This document shows positions 11,582 to 23,602 of a stretch of DNA of 64,000 nt, piece by piece. The stretch is from Squalus acanthias (Eukaryota): positions 124,932,001 to 124,996,000 of the forward strand of contig CM059431.1 of assembly GCA_030390025.1 (NCBI GenBank), given 5' to 3'. The notes under the pieces are model-generated. The model did no database searches and was not told where the DNA came from. It was given only the letters and a program-made list of their open reading frames with translations. The position numbers and the translations under genes were made by a program. Numbering within the stretch: the stretch's first letter is position 1; the number at the start of each line of letters is the position of its first letter.

Positions 11582-12426
11582 GGGCAGAATTTCCATTGAG
11601 CCGTGGAGACGGGTTTGGAGGCGGGACTGGATTGAAAATAGCTGAATCGGGGGTCCCAACCCCATCCCGCCCCCAACCCGCCTCCATGCCAGTTTCGCTG
11701 GAGACGGGTATCCGACCTGTGCTGGGACCCGCCTCCCTGAGGCGGGAAGGGGATTAGTGGCAATAAACTGCCTGTTAACAGGTAGTTAACAGGCAGTTTT
11801 TTGCCTAATCCCTATTTTTATGCCTGAAATGTGGGCTCTCCGACAGGTCCGAACCACGCTGTTTCAGCGAGGCAGACCGTGGGTCTGCAGGGGTTGGAGG
11901 GGTCGATATGTCCGGTGGGCAGGTGAGTGATGGGTGCATGTGTGCAGAGGTAAGTGTGTAAGGTAAGTGTAAAGTGTGGAAAAAAGGTTTTACTTACCTT
12001 AACTTCCTCCTGCAGGCGTCAGCCCTTCAGGTCTCGGGAGTCAGAAATCTCACCGGCACAGAAAGCAGAATGGCCGTTGAGCTGTCAAAAGCTGCAGCCT
12101 CTGCTTTTTGTTCTGCAGAGAGCTCTAAATCAGCCTGAGAGGAAGGAATTAACTTAGAGTACAGATTGTCAGTGTTTGACAGCTTCAAAGAGCTGTCAAA
12201 CGCTGATATTTCATCTGTCAAAAGCTCTTGACAGATGAAATGTCAATCTGTGATGTCACCTGTTGCCGGGTGGCCCTTAATTGGCCTGCTGAGCCCACTG
12301 GGCGGGCTCAACAAGGTCAATCAAGTGAAAATACAGTGGGTTGGCCACAAGTCGATGGAGGCGGGACTACAACCCAAAAAGTGGGAGTCCCGACTCCATC
12401 CCGTCCCCAGTTTCAAAATCCAGCCC
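11582..12426 (-). mobile_element. Non-autonomous Harbinger, family A copy 2, inserted in the provirus
   Basis: TIRs GGGCAGAATTT / AAAATCCAGCCC, perfect TAA TSD (11579-11581, 12427-12429) and the family hairpin TCATCTGTCAAAAGCTCTTGACAGATGA. Confidence 0.9.
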
Positions 12427-13539
12427 TAAGTTTCAGTCTAAGATGTAACCTTGGAGTCGCGGTTGGTATGGTGAAATTTTCCAAAGCAGTTTGATTTGTT
12501 TTGTTTAAATGTGAAAACTAATTTTTCTCCAGTTGTATTCAGTATTTTACAGTCATTTGAAAACGCATCTGAAGAAAGAACAAAGTGAAATATTACGTAA
12601 CTTATTGTGTTTTTTTTGTTTTATTTTCTGTTCTGTATCGTGTTTAGTTAATAAGAATATTTGCTCGCCGCATTATAAACCTGCAAAGGAGTTAACCCTT
12701 TCTGCTGGCAGCTGTTTTTTTTAAATTGGTTCACCAAACAACTTTGATCTAAGTTTTCTATCTTCAATATTGTATTGGACAGTAAAGTTTCTCCAGACGC
12801 TCATGAATGAGATAGAATCTGGTATTAATGGGAATTTTCATTCTAGTGAAAGTCAGGAAAGTGTAGTTACGAATAGTAAATTGATAGCTTTCTCTTGGAG
12901 ACATTTGTGACATTGCCTATAATGAACTTTTAAAGAAAATTGAATTTGATAGTCCGGCCACTACCAAAGACATCGGGACCATGCAGAGGAAGATGAGCAA
13001 AGATCTCCAGACAATCTTTTGATAGGATCACCTGAAAGCCCGAGAATGGCTTGTATCGGATGGCACGTGTGGCACGATATTGAGATACCGATATGAGTGT
13101 GCAAATGTGATTTGTTATGTATGAAGCAATTACCATCCACAAATGAAGAACGGCTCTCAGACATGCTCAGTTACTTGACAACAGCAAGACATGAAATGGT
13201 TAATGTGGCTCAGGAGAGCGAGACAACTTTTAAAGCATTGACACATACTCCATCGAGAAACTATCTAATTAATGAAACAATCAGAATAGAGTTAAACACA
13301 ATTAGAGGGATTGACATTGAAGTTGAAGTGGAGAGTTACATGGAATTTGGATTGGGACAATTGAGGGCCAAGGAGAAATTATGTTTAGTAAGAATTATCC
13401 ACAAGATGGATACGAGTAAAAGAGATCTGGAGAATCTTTGAAGTCCATGATTTGTTGATTAGATGTTAAACTGTAATGTCGCTTGAAATGATTGTAAGAC
13501 TGAATTTAACTGTGACTGTAATAATTGTATTTTGTTGGT

Positions 13540-14258
13540 AACAGAGCGTGGAAAAAACCAGTACAAATCCAGTATGAGGTGGTTTTGGTGATGCCTCCTG
13601 TGTCACTACTACTGCAACTACCATGCTTTATGGGTCTAACAGGACCTGTCCCATCAAACAACATATTTTACTCAATATCAAAACCTATGCGCAGGTGAAA
13701 CTGACAGTAAATGAGATACTTAAGTATGAGCTGCACAATTATGTGGCACAATTCGGATAATACATCCCCTTGTTGTCTAAGGGCTTCAGTGAGCTCTTGA
13801 GGTGACTGAACCCCTCCCTAAAGCATTTTTATGTTTTGGAGCAAGACAACTCGAGAATGGATATTGAAATTGACAGCATAGAGGACAACTCACACTGGTG
13901 GGATATTGGGCTTAATACATCAGCACACCCTTAGGTTTGTATTATTTCACACGCTCTGGTAGTTCTCCAACTTGTAATGATAGTGTATTTGATATATGTA
14001 ACCTGTGTAGTAAGACTTTGATGCATAAGCCAATTGGGTACTCATGCCTATGACTAACCAGCACCAACAAATTAATTGAGCACACCGAAAGAGAAGATCC
14101 GAAGCAATGTAGAGGAGACCCCAGGCGGGGTAAGATCAGGAAAGATAGAAGAAACAGAGGATACCCCAGGCGGGGCAGAATTGGAACACCGGAACAGTGA
14201 ATTGAATTTGATTAAGGGGTCAGAGGTTGCTCCTCCCCCTCAAAGGAATGGACTGTAA
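13540..14258 (+). pseudogene. env: env-like remnant: Cys-containing segment, heptad region, WWD, transmembrane helix, cytoplasmic tail
   Basis: Hand translation gives SCVTTTATTMLYGSNRTCPI, then from 13695 VKLTVNEILKYELHNY...DNSRMDIEIDSIEDNSHWWDIGLNTSAHP*VCIISHALVVLQLVMIVYLIYVTCVVRL*. ORF 14076-14258 is in the same frame. It lies just upstream of the PPT. Confidence 0.7.
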
Positions 14259-14382
14259 GAAAGGAGGACATCTTCATTTTCGAGACTCCCTACTAACTAA
14301 CGCCCAAGTTGAGAGAGCAAAAATAACTTGCTAGATTAGTCAAGAGCCGATTGTGAGAAGTCAATAAGGATATTTCCTTCTC

Positions 14383-14394
14383 AAGGTGGGGAGA
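14383..14394 (+). promoter_or_regulatory. Polypurine tract
   Basis: AAGGTGGGGAGA immediately before the 3' LTR TG. Confidence 0.8.
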
Positions 14395-15216
14395 TGTAAG
14401 AAATCGTGGATTGAAAGAAATAATAGTCTGTTAGGGGTTCCCTAGATCAGCAGTTTGCCTAATTTGATGACACAGAAAGATTCCAGTCATGTCAGAAAAA
14501 TAGCTGTACAGAGAGTTGAATTACAAGGTCAGAACACAAAAACAGGCCTTCAAGTGGCATAACTAGGCCTGATATGGGATGTAGGAAGGAGCTGTAGGAT
14601 AAACAAGCTGTCTACAAAGAGGGCAACAAGATCTTTAGAACAGAGATAAGGAGGAAAATGACCTCATGAGGCTGGGAGGGGCCCGTCATAGGTAGCCTCT
14701 CCCTTGTAATTGGACAATAGGATGGGGTACAAATGATTGACACCAGGTATCCACAAGCCCACCGAAATAACTATAAATATAGACCACCAAGAGAGGAAAT
14801 CAGACAGCGAGGGGCGAAGGCTTCTTCGAGATGGAAATCAATCCTGGCTCAGGCCTAACACCTTGACTAAGTTTAGCCTCTGAGGTGGATCAATGCTGGT
14901 TTATGCCGAACACCTCCAGCAGCTTGAGGGACAAATCAACAGAAGTGACTGCTGTTACTGACTGCAGAGACCCGCTGACCCAAGACCTCCATGCTGTCTC
15001 ATCAGACATCTAACCAACCGTCCGTCCGGTCATGGCATTCCGATTCGGGAGTTGGAGATCGCTCTCTACTGTCACAGGTTGTATGTCTATTATACTCAGC
15101 TTAAACCACATGTAATATCTGATTATGCTTTAAAACTGTAGCTCTTTAATAAAAAACCTTGCAACTCCTACGACCTTTTGGGTAATCTGTGTGTGACCTG
15201 TGATCCTAATCTTACA
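14395..15216 (+). repeat. 3' LTR (822 bp)
   Basis: Near-identical to 7107-7920 apart from scattered substitutions and small indels. Ends CCTAATCTTACA. Confidence 0.95.
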
Positions 15217-15339
15217 TATTGTTTCATTTGCCTTTGACTGTCTAATAGACAGTCACATCCCTGAGATATTTTGCTCCCACCCACAGTGAGGTTCTCACGA
15301 CCAGATCTGAGATTCCCAATGTGCATTCCTGTGTTTGGC

Positions 15340-15900
15340 ACTATAAACGTAGAGGAAGAGGAGCGGCAGAACAGAATGAAACAAAAAAGATAAAGGCAGT
15401 ATTTGAGAAAAATGTGTCTTTTAGGATATTCCCCATCCCCGCAAGAGGCAATAAGGGATCAGTTACTACATGAAGACCTGCAGCTGTGGTCATCTGCCTG
15501 CACAGTTCCGTATGTGGCTATGATGGTCACGATCGCACTCAACTTATCACAAATCATTTCAAGCAGCCACAAAGAATCTGTTCAATATCATGTAGACATC
15601 TTTTTGTCAGATAACTAAAGTACTTTTCAGGACAGCTGGAGAACCCATTCGGTTTGGCATCACAGTAAGACAGCAATGCAGTCCAGTTTCATAGCGTTGC
15701 TAGTTTTCCCAAGGTGCATCATTTAAGTTGCTTTGTGAGCTTCCATGACAACCCCTTCAACTTCTTGAACAGAAATGGCTGCCATTTATTTAATGTACAG
15801 AGAAAGTGCAAAGGATCCTGCATATCAACGTAAGATTTGCTGGATGACACATTTGTTCTTTGGAATTTGCCCCTCCCGGAGTAATCCGAGGGAGCAAAAC
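15340..15900 (+). pseudogene. Very degenerate Harbinger transposase fragment
   Basis: FHSVASFPKV...HDNPFNFLNRNGCHLFNVQ resembles the AGFPKV...FxNRKGxHSINVQ block. Confidence 0.45.
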
Positions 15901-16244
15901 ATGTAAACAGATGGCTTGTGGGTGACAAGGGTATCACTTGCTCCCATGGATAATGGGGTAGGTTTTTGTCTTCACCGCAACAACGATAATCTGGTGGAGT
16001 TGACTTTGGTCGTTTGTAGAACCTGCCTTTCTTACCCCCATGCCAACCTGTGTGCCTACAAGTACCTTTATTTTAACCTATTCTTGTGGTTCTTTTAGGT
16101 GCCAGCAGAGAGCCAGGATCACGGGAATAGATGCACTACAAAAGGCTCATGGGATTGAGGTAGCCCTCGTCTCATGGCGGCTGCTCCTGGCTGCATTTTT
16201 AAAGCTTGCTCCTGGACAACCTCAAAGGTTCCACTGGTGTGATG

Positions 16245-16366
16245 CTCTGAGGGAGAAGGCTATGGACTTGAAACGTTAACCCTGCTTTCTTCTCTCCAAA
16301 TATACTGCCTGACCCGTTGAGTGTTTCCAGCATTTTTTGTTTTTATCACAGATTTCCAGCATCTGT
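16245..16366 (+). mobile_element. Degenerate Penelope-like pLTR fragment (same family as 49900-50128)
   Basis: GACTTGAAACGTTAAC..CTTTCTTCTCTCCA..TGCCTGACCCGTTGAGTGTTTCCAGCATTTTTTG..GATTTCCAGCATCTG parallels 50047-50129. The hammerhead core is decayed. Confidence 0.7.
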
Positions 16367-17660
16367 TTACTGTCTCTTCTTTACCTGATTGTCTAGCAGA
16401 ATGCTGCTGAAGTGTATAGGCTAAACTGCCTTTCGAAAGGCTCCATTATAGTTTCCATGCATTCCATCTATTTGCACCAGAGTTTTGCACTAAGGACTAC
16501 TCCATTGGGTATCCAAATGAACTGATCCAGGAAGCCTTTGTGTGACTACCTCTCCAGACTATTAATGGGTGCAAATCTTTTTTCACTGGCATAACAGCAG
16601 TATAACTCACCATGTGGAAGTTTAGGGCCATGTCGTGCCACAGAGAAAGGACAACTGATGAGATGGTGACGTTGTTTAGATGTAGAATGGGCCAGAAATG
16701 CATGATTATAGTGTAATCACTGCATCTCTTGTGTGGTGCTATGGGTGAGCACACCTAATTTGGAGCAAAACCTTGTAGCTCTGGATCAAAATATTTTGTT
16801 TTAATATTTATAAGCCCACCTTCCCTCATAGCTTATTCAAGCAGAATGCTCATTGGTGACAATAAAGATAACTGAAAACTGTCTAATTCAGTACTTCTCA
16901 AACTTTTTTGGCCAAATCCCATCAAAAAACCCTCAGCAAGAGAAATTCAAAATTGATCCTCCCATTTTTCAGGCATTAAATTAAGGTTTAGGAGGCGCAT
17001 TTTGGTTCTGCGGTCCCCCGTGCCCGATCACCCCTAGAGGTGCCAAATTGGAAGCTGCTGACTTTGAGGTCTCCTAGGCAGCTTGCATATGCAAATTGGG
17101 GTCCTAAAACAAGATTTTTAATAATGTATAGATAAATATATAAATCATAGGTGGAAGAAACAAACATAATTCAAAACTCAAAATGACCCAAAATTGGATA
17201 ATTTCACATTATTTTGAATTTATAAATTCTGCTGAATTTTTATCACATTGTAAAGTTCCATCTTTAAGATAAATGGTAGTACAAGTACGGAAATTAAATA
17301 TATGTAACAGTGGATGTGTGCAACTGTACCCAACCTGCTGACAGATTCCTGCTATCATGTCAGGTTCTGTACTTGATCGGAGATACAATAACAATGTTTT
17401 CTCAATTTTTACACTATTGTAAATTACTTATCAAGTGGGGACCATCTCTGGCTCCCAGCAATGTTGTGCTGAGTATGGATTTGTTGTTATTTTTCAAACA
17501 GTGCTGAAAAAGAAAAAATTCTTAAAAGATGACTATACCTAATTCTTGGTGGTTGGAACTAAATGCATCTTTTCCCATCGACAAAATCTAGAAATTGTTC
17601 TGAAATTGCTGTTAGTGTGCTCCTAGCGGGGTTAGCTGTGGATTACAGAAAGTTTCTGGG

Positions 17661-17812
17661 AGAAATTATTCCTACTGGTGTGGGGGTAATGTTAACTTTT
17701 AACAGCGAGCAATAGTGAATCGGCCATCCGTTTTACAGAAATTATTCCTACTGGTGTGGGGGTAATGTTAACTTTTAACAGCGAGCAATAGTGAATCGGC
17801 CATCCGTTTTAC
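17661..17812. repeat. Perfect 76-bp tandem duplication
   Basis: AGAAATTATTCCTACTGG...CCGTTTTAC occurs twice (starts 17661 and 17737). Confidence 0.95.
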
Positions 17813-17932
17813 AGCCCGCCTGATTTTCTTTTCTTTTGACTTTGATGGTAAAGAAAATCAAGCAAGGTATAAAATAGATTAATGATTCGCTATTGCTCGT
17901 GTTTTGACCAGCGATAAAAGTTAAAATTACTC
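17758..17932. mobile_element. Short palindromic MITE (Harbinger-like ends)
   Basis: GGGTAATGTTAACTTTTA / TAAAAGTTAAAATTACTC ends and internal inverted arms (CGAGCAATAGTGAATC / GATTCGCTATTGCTCG). Related decayed sequences lie near 48240-48330 and 48660-48805. Confidence 0.55.
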
Positions 17933-18280
17933 ACATCTTCACTTAGAGGATATGATTGACACCTTTAAGAAATGTTGTAGCTGTGAGACCCATTGGAAGG
18001 CATCTGGGTTTAGTAGCTGCCATACCAGTCTTCCATGCTGCATTACTGGCACAGTTGCTAATTCTTTGTTGCAATTTTCAACTTCTTACTTTGTTATCCT
18101 GATCATGCCGAGAAGTCTTTTGTAAGACACAGACATGGAACATGCAGCAGTTAACTAAAATTATATTTGCTGCCTCTGATTGGTCAAAGATGTGAACCAA
18201 AAGCACTTTTGATCATTCTGGTTGTAGCATGAGCTTTGTTACACCTGGGCTCTGCTTCTGATCATGGTTGGTGCTTGATC

Positions 18281-20828
18281 AACAGTGAGAGGGAGATAGA
18301 AGAGCAAATATGTAGACAAATTTCTGAGAAGTGCAAAAACTATAGGGCAGTAATAGTAGGGGATTTCAACTACCCCAATATTAACTGGGATAAAATTAGT
18401 GTGAAGGGTATAGAGGGTACGGAATTCCTAAAATACATCCAGGAGAACTTTTTTAGCCAGTATGTAGCAAGCCCAACAAGGGAGGGGGCGGTTCTGGATT
18501 TAGTTTTAGGGAATGAAGCTGGGCAGGTAGAAGGCGTATCAGTGGGGGAGCATTTTGGTGCTAGTGACCATAATTCAGTTAGATTTAAGGTAGTTATGGA
18601 AAAGGACAAGGATAGACCAGGAATAAAAATTCTAAATTGGGGAAAAGCAAATTTTGCTAAGCTCAGAGGGGATTTAGCCATAGTGGACTGGAAACAGCTA
18701 CTTGAAGGTAAATCAGTGTCAGAGCGGTGGGAGGCATTCAAAGAGGAGATCCGGAGGGTTCAGACCAAATATGTGCCCTTAAAGAAAAAGGTGGGACTAA
18801 CAAATCTAGAGCCCCCTGGATGTCTAGGGACATACAGGGTAGGATAAAGAAAAAAAGGGAGGCGTATGACAGACACCGAGGGCTAAATACTCCAGAATCT
18901 GTAGAGGAGTACAGAAAGTGCAGGGTGCAATTAAAAAGGATATTAGGAAAGCAAAGATAGAGCATGAAAAATTATTGGCAAGTAAAATCAAGGAAAACCC
19001 AAAGATGTTTTATAAATATATTAAGAGTAAGAGGATAACTAAAGAAAGGGTAGGGCCTATTAGAGATCATGAGGTTTATCTGTGTGTGGAGGCGGGAGAC
19101 ATTGGTAGGGTTCTTAATGAATACTTTGCGTCTGTTTTCACAAAGGAGAGGGGCGAAGCAGACATTGCTATCAGGGAGGAGTGTGAAATATTAGATGAAA
19201 TAAACATAGTGAGAGAGGAAGTATTAAGGGGTTTAGCAGCTTTAAAAGTGGATAAATACCCAGGCCCGGATGAAATGTATCCCAGGATGTTAAGCGAAGC
19301 AAAAGAAGAAATAGCAGAGGCCCTGACCATCATTTTCCAATCCTCTCTGGCTTCAGGTGTGGTGCCGGAGGTCTGGAGGACTGCTAATGTGGTACCCTTG
19401 TTTAAAAAGGGAGCAAAGGATAGACCGAGTAATTACAGGCCAGTCAGCCTAACCTCGGTGGTGGGAAAATTATTGGAAAGAATTCTGAAGGACAGGATAA
19501 ATCTTCATTTAGAAAGACATGGATTAATCAAGGATAGTCAGCACAGATTTATTAAGGGAAGGTCGTGTCTGACAAATTTGATTGAATTTTTTGAGGAGGT
19601 AACAAGGAGGGGAGATGAGGTTAGTGCGTTTGATGTAATGTATATGGACTTTAGCAAGGCTTTTGATAAGGTTCCACATGGCAGACTGGTCACGAAGTTA
19701 AAAGCCCATGGGATCCAGGGCAAAGTGCCAAGTTGGATTCAAAACTGGCTCGGAGGCAGGAAGCAGAAGGTAATGGTTGATGGGTGTTTTTGTGACTGGA
19801 AGGCTGTTTCCAGTGGGGTTCCGCAGGGCTCAGTACTAGTTCCCTTGCTTTTTGTGGTATGTATCAATGATCTAGACTTGAATATAGGGGTATGATTAAG
19901 AAGTTTGCAGATGATACTAAAATTGGCTGTGTGGTTGATACTGAAGAAGGAAGCTGTAGACTGCAGGAAGATATCAATAAATTGGTCAGGTGGGCAGAAT
20001 AGTGGCAAATGGAATTCAATCCGGAGAAGTGTGAGGTAATGCATTTGGGGAGGGCTAACAAGGAAAGGGAATACACATTAAATGGCAGGACACTGAGTAG
20101 CGTAGAGGAACAAAGGGACCTTGGGGTGAATGTCCACAGATCCCTGAAAGTAGCAGGCCAGGTAGATAAGGTGGTTAAGAAGGCATACGGAATGCTTGCC
20201 TTTATTAGCCGTGGCATAGAATACAATAGCAGGGGGGTTATGCTTCAACTGTATAAAACACTAGTTAGGCCTCAGCTAGGGTACTGCATGCAGTTCTGGT
20301 CACCACATTACAGGAAAGATGTGATTGCACGAGAGAGGGTACAGAGGAGATTTACAAGGATGTTGCTGGAAGTAGAGAATCTTAGCTATGAGGAAAGACT
20401 GGATAGGCTCGGTTTGTTTTCCTTGGAACAGAGGAGGCTGAGGGGAGACCTTATTGAGGTGTATAAAATTATGAGTGGCCTAGATAAAGTGGATAGAAAG
20501 GACCTATTTCCCTTAGCAGAGGGGTCAAAAACCAGGGGGCACAGATTAAAAGTAATTAGTGGAAGGTTTATAGGGGATTTGAGGGGAAATTTCTTCACCC
20601 AGAGGGTTATGGGGGTCTGGAACTCACTGCCTGAAAGGGTGGTAGAGACAGAAACCCTAACCACATTTAAAACGTACTTGGATGTGCACTTGGGATGCTG
20701 TAACCTGCAGGGCTACGGACCAAGAGCTGGGAAGTAGGATTAGGCTGGATAGCTCTTTGTTGGCCGGCTTGGACACGATGGGCCGAAATGCCCTCCTTCT
20801 GTGCTGCAACTTTCTATGATTCTATGAT
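18281..20828 (+). mobile_element. 5'-truncated CR1 LINE (partial endonuclease + RT pseudogene)
   Basis: VGDFNYP, SDH, NYRPVSLTS, DFSKAFDKV, GVPQGSVL and FADD motifs over frameshifted ORFs. Tail TTCTATGATTCTATGA. Confidence 0.96.
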
Positions 20829-21561
20829 CATCTTGAGCCATGGTTACATGGTTGCCTTGATTTCCCTCACCCAATTTTCCATTATTTATTCCCTTTCAAC
20901 AAAAGGTGGCATAGATGATTCCCTTCCCATCGCTCAATTGCCATTAGTGTAATGCTTTACACTGACAGCAGGTTCCAGGCTATAGTGGTGGTATGTGTAT
21001 GGAGGGTACATTCATGTTCTCTTATGGTGTAGGGACACTTGCAGTAAATGGATCATGTTTTTGATGTTAGAGAGTTTTATGTTCTCTTAAGCCCTTTGCT
21101 CTTGGTGGCGGTCCCTGGCCGCCCGACATCGTGCTCTTGCCAGCCGGCTAGCAGCCACCTCCGGTCACCTGCTCAATTCCCGCTCTGAGTTGAAATCGGG
21201 GCTCATATTGCTCTAAACTAACGTGATGTAAAACTTTTTATTCATCTCTGATTTTGTGTAATCTTCAAAGCATGTGTATTCATTAATTAAATTATGTCAA
21301 TCCAATATCAGTGAAATTAAAACCTATGTATTAGGAAAAAACTTACAAACACTGCATTAGTGTAGAATAGTTGCAGGCATATGAATTAATTTTATATTTT
21401 CATATAATTAAGTGCTGGTTTATAAAATTACCCTGGCTTCTTAATTGCCGGCTAATGTTTGGATATTTATTATTTGAATCAAATTTGAATCATAGTTGCA
21501 TGCATGTCCATCTTGAAGAGTCAGAAATGCTGAAGGACAGCTCAAAATGCTAATTATCCCA

Positions 21562-22315
21562 GGGCTAGAAATTCAGGCGCTAACTTTTGAGAAGTCGGAA
21601 GTTTAGCGCCAGGCGCTAATCAATCTCGCTGCCTGCTAAATTCAGTCTCAGTGCTCAAAGAATGCAGGGGAGGGCTAAATCAGGCACTAATGGCGTAGGT
21701 GAGTGGCATTAGGCTCTAAGCGATAAGGAATATGAAGTGTTGTGTAATCGGGAGTGAGCATTGGCGAAGGCGCCTTCCAGCCATTAAAGGGAAGGGTCAT
21801 TGGAGTCTGCACACCAGCCCCCAATGATTCGGGGAGTGCAGAACGGCAATATGTTGTGGGATGAAATGCAGATTCCTTTGACGGCCTGTAACACTCCGGG
21901 GACTAAGCACCCTTTATTTGGCTGCAGATACATCCTGCGCTCTCTGCCACTCATAACTGACCTTTGGAACAGAATTTCCTTGACAGCTGGGGCGCATCCC
22001 TTTAAGTAGCGCCCCGCCAGCCGCCAGCCAGCTGGTTCACGCCTCCGCTCCCTGGCGCTGTCGGCGTGAGGCAGTAAGGCGGGGGGCGCTACTGAAGTTT
22101 GCAGATCGGGCGCCCAGCGAGCGTTGCACACTCGCTGGCATCACAAGCTGCACGGCGAAAGTTGCTGAGGCGCCAACTGTTATCGCCGATGCTACGGAGC
22201 CGGCGAATTTGTCGTGCGGCGCGGGATTCACCCCGCCGTGGCGCTACTGCCTGAGTGCCCCATTAGCGCCCGAGCCAGGCGCTAACTGGGGGCACTAGCG
22301 CACCAAATTGCTCCC
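21562..22315. mobile_element. Non-autonomous Harbinger-like element
   Basis: GGGCTAGAAATT left end, AAATTGCTCCC right end, and repeated GGCGCTA/TAGCGCC subterminal motifs as at 1740-1886. Confidence 0.65.
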
Positions 22316-22631
22316 TCGTTATGTTGCAAATATTGCACAATTGGATCCTAAGTAATTCTTTCTAGCCAATATTAATTCAAGTCTCTCACACACATATTTT
22401 GATCTCTCTTTTGGCTCAGTTCCACGAATAGGCCATGAGATTTCTCCCCTCCCCAATCTCAAATCAACAAGCTGCCTATCAGCACTCATTTAGTGCTTGC
22501 AGCTCGCTGATTCTGTTCAAATGAGGCCCAACTGTAAAAAAGGTTCAGGCCTTTGCTGAGCTTCATTGGACAGGCAATGAGCTCGATTTGCCCATTGCCT
22601 GACTGATGAATGGGGCCACTTGGAAATCACC

Positions 22632-22797
22632 ATAAGAAGATAAATAGGAGCAGGAGTGGGCCATTCGGCCCTTCGAGCCTGTTCCGCCATTCAACAAGAT
22701 CATGCCTGATCTTCTACCTCAATTCCACCTTCCTGCATTATCCCCATACACCTTGATTCCCTTAACATCCAAAAATCTATCGATCTCTGTCTTGAAT
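22632..22797 (-). mobile_element. CR1 3' end fragment
   Basis: ATAGGAGCAGGAGTGGGCCATTCGGCCCTTCGAGCCTG matches the CR1 3' UTR at ~30865. Confidence 0.85.
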
Positions 22798-23602
22798 TAT
22801 TGTTGGTAGTACTAGATTATTTTAGAATAAATGCCATCTGGAGTAAATTATGGACCTAAACTACATTTGATCACACCGAGGCATTCCTTTCTTAGAGCCT
22901 TAATTCTAACAACAGATTGATATTTTTTATCTCTCTGGGTGGCATATAAGTTTTTCGGATTGTGAGTATATTGTTAGGCATTCTTCTTCTGCCAAAATCA
23001 CAGTGTTAGATTTAAAACTAGCATAATTTTATCTGGCACAATCTATCCTTATCAAATCAGATATCATTGGTGCAGCACTCAAAGTTCTGTTCCTTCTATT
23101 TAGATGCCCTAAGGATAATTGCCAATATCTGCCAGCTTCTGAACAATAATGTCAAGTTCCTCACTCATACAGTGTGCCCAAACACACCAAACTAGCTGTT
23201 TCAAGCCATATTGTAAAGTTCTCCCAGCTGTGCTGCACAAACCATCTCTCATTTGTGTGCACAAAAATCCTTTTGTTTCCTCTCGAATAATCCAGGAACC
23301 AAGCCACAGATAAATCTTAAAGTTTTCAATCTACACATTTCTTACGCACAGACCCATCTCAATATGGGCACACATAAAGTTCCACTTAACCCAGTTACTG
23401 CAAATTAATGGGGAAAAAAACCCAATCAATTTTTTTCCCCCAACTCGAACAGTGACGTGGAAAAGAGAAAATATCACCCAGGCCCCAACCAGTAAATCAA
23501 GCCACTGAATTCCTGCTGCCAGCCCTCGTCCTTCAATCTTGTACCCAGTTAAGCAGAAACCCACATTGGAGGCACAAAAGACTAAAGAATGCATATGGAA
23601 TC

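Larger units (their letters stand above)
7107..15216 (+). mobile_element. Defective endogenous retrovirus / env-bearing LTR element, lokiretrovirus-like
   Basis: Two TG..CA LTRs, PBS, gag-pro-partial RT, env-like TM remnant and PPT. Flanks TCTT/TATT are a 4-bp TSD with one mismatch. Confidence 0.9.
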
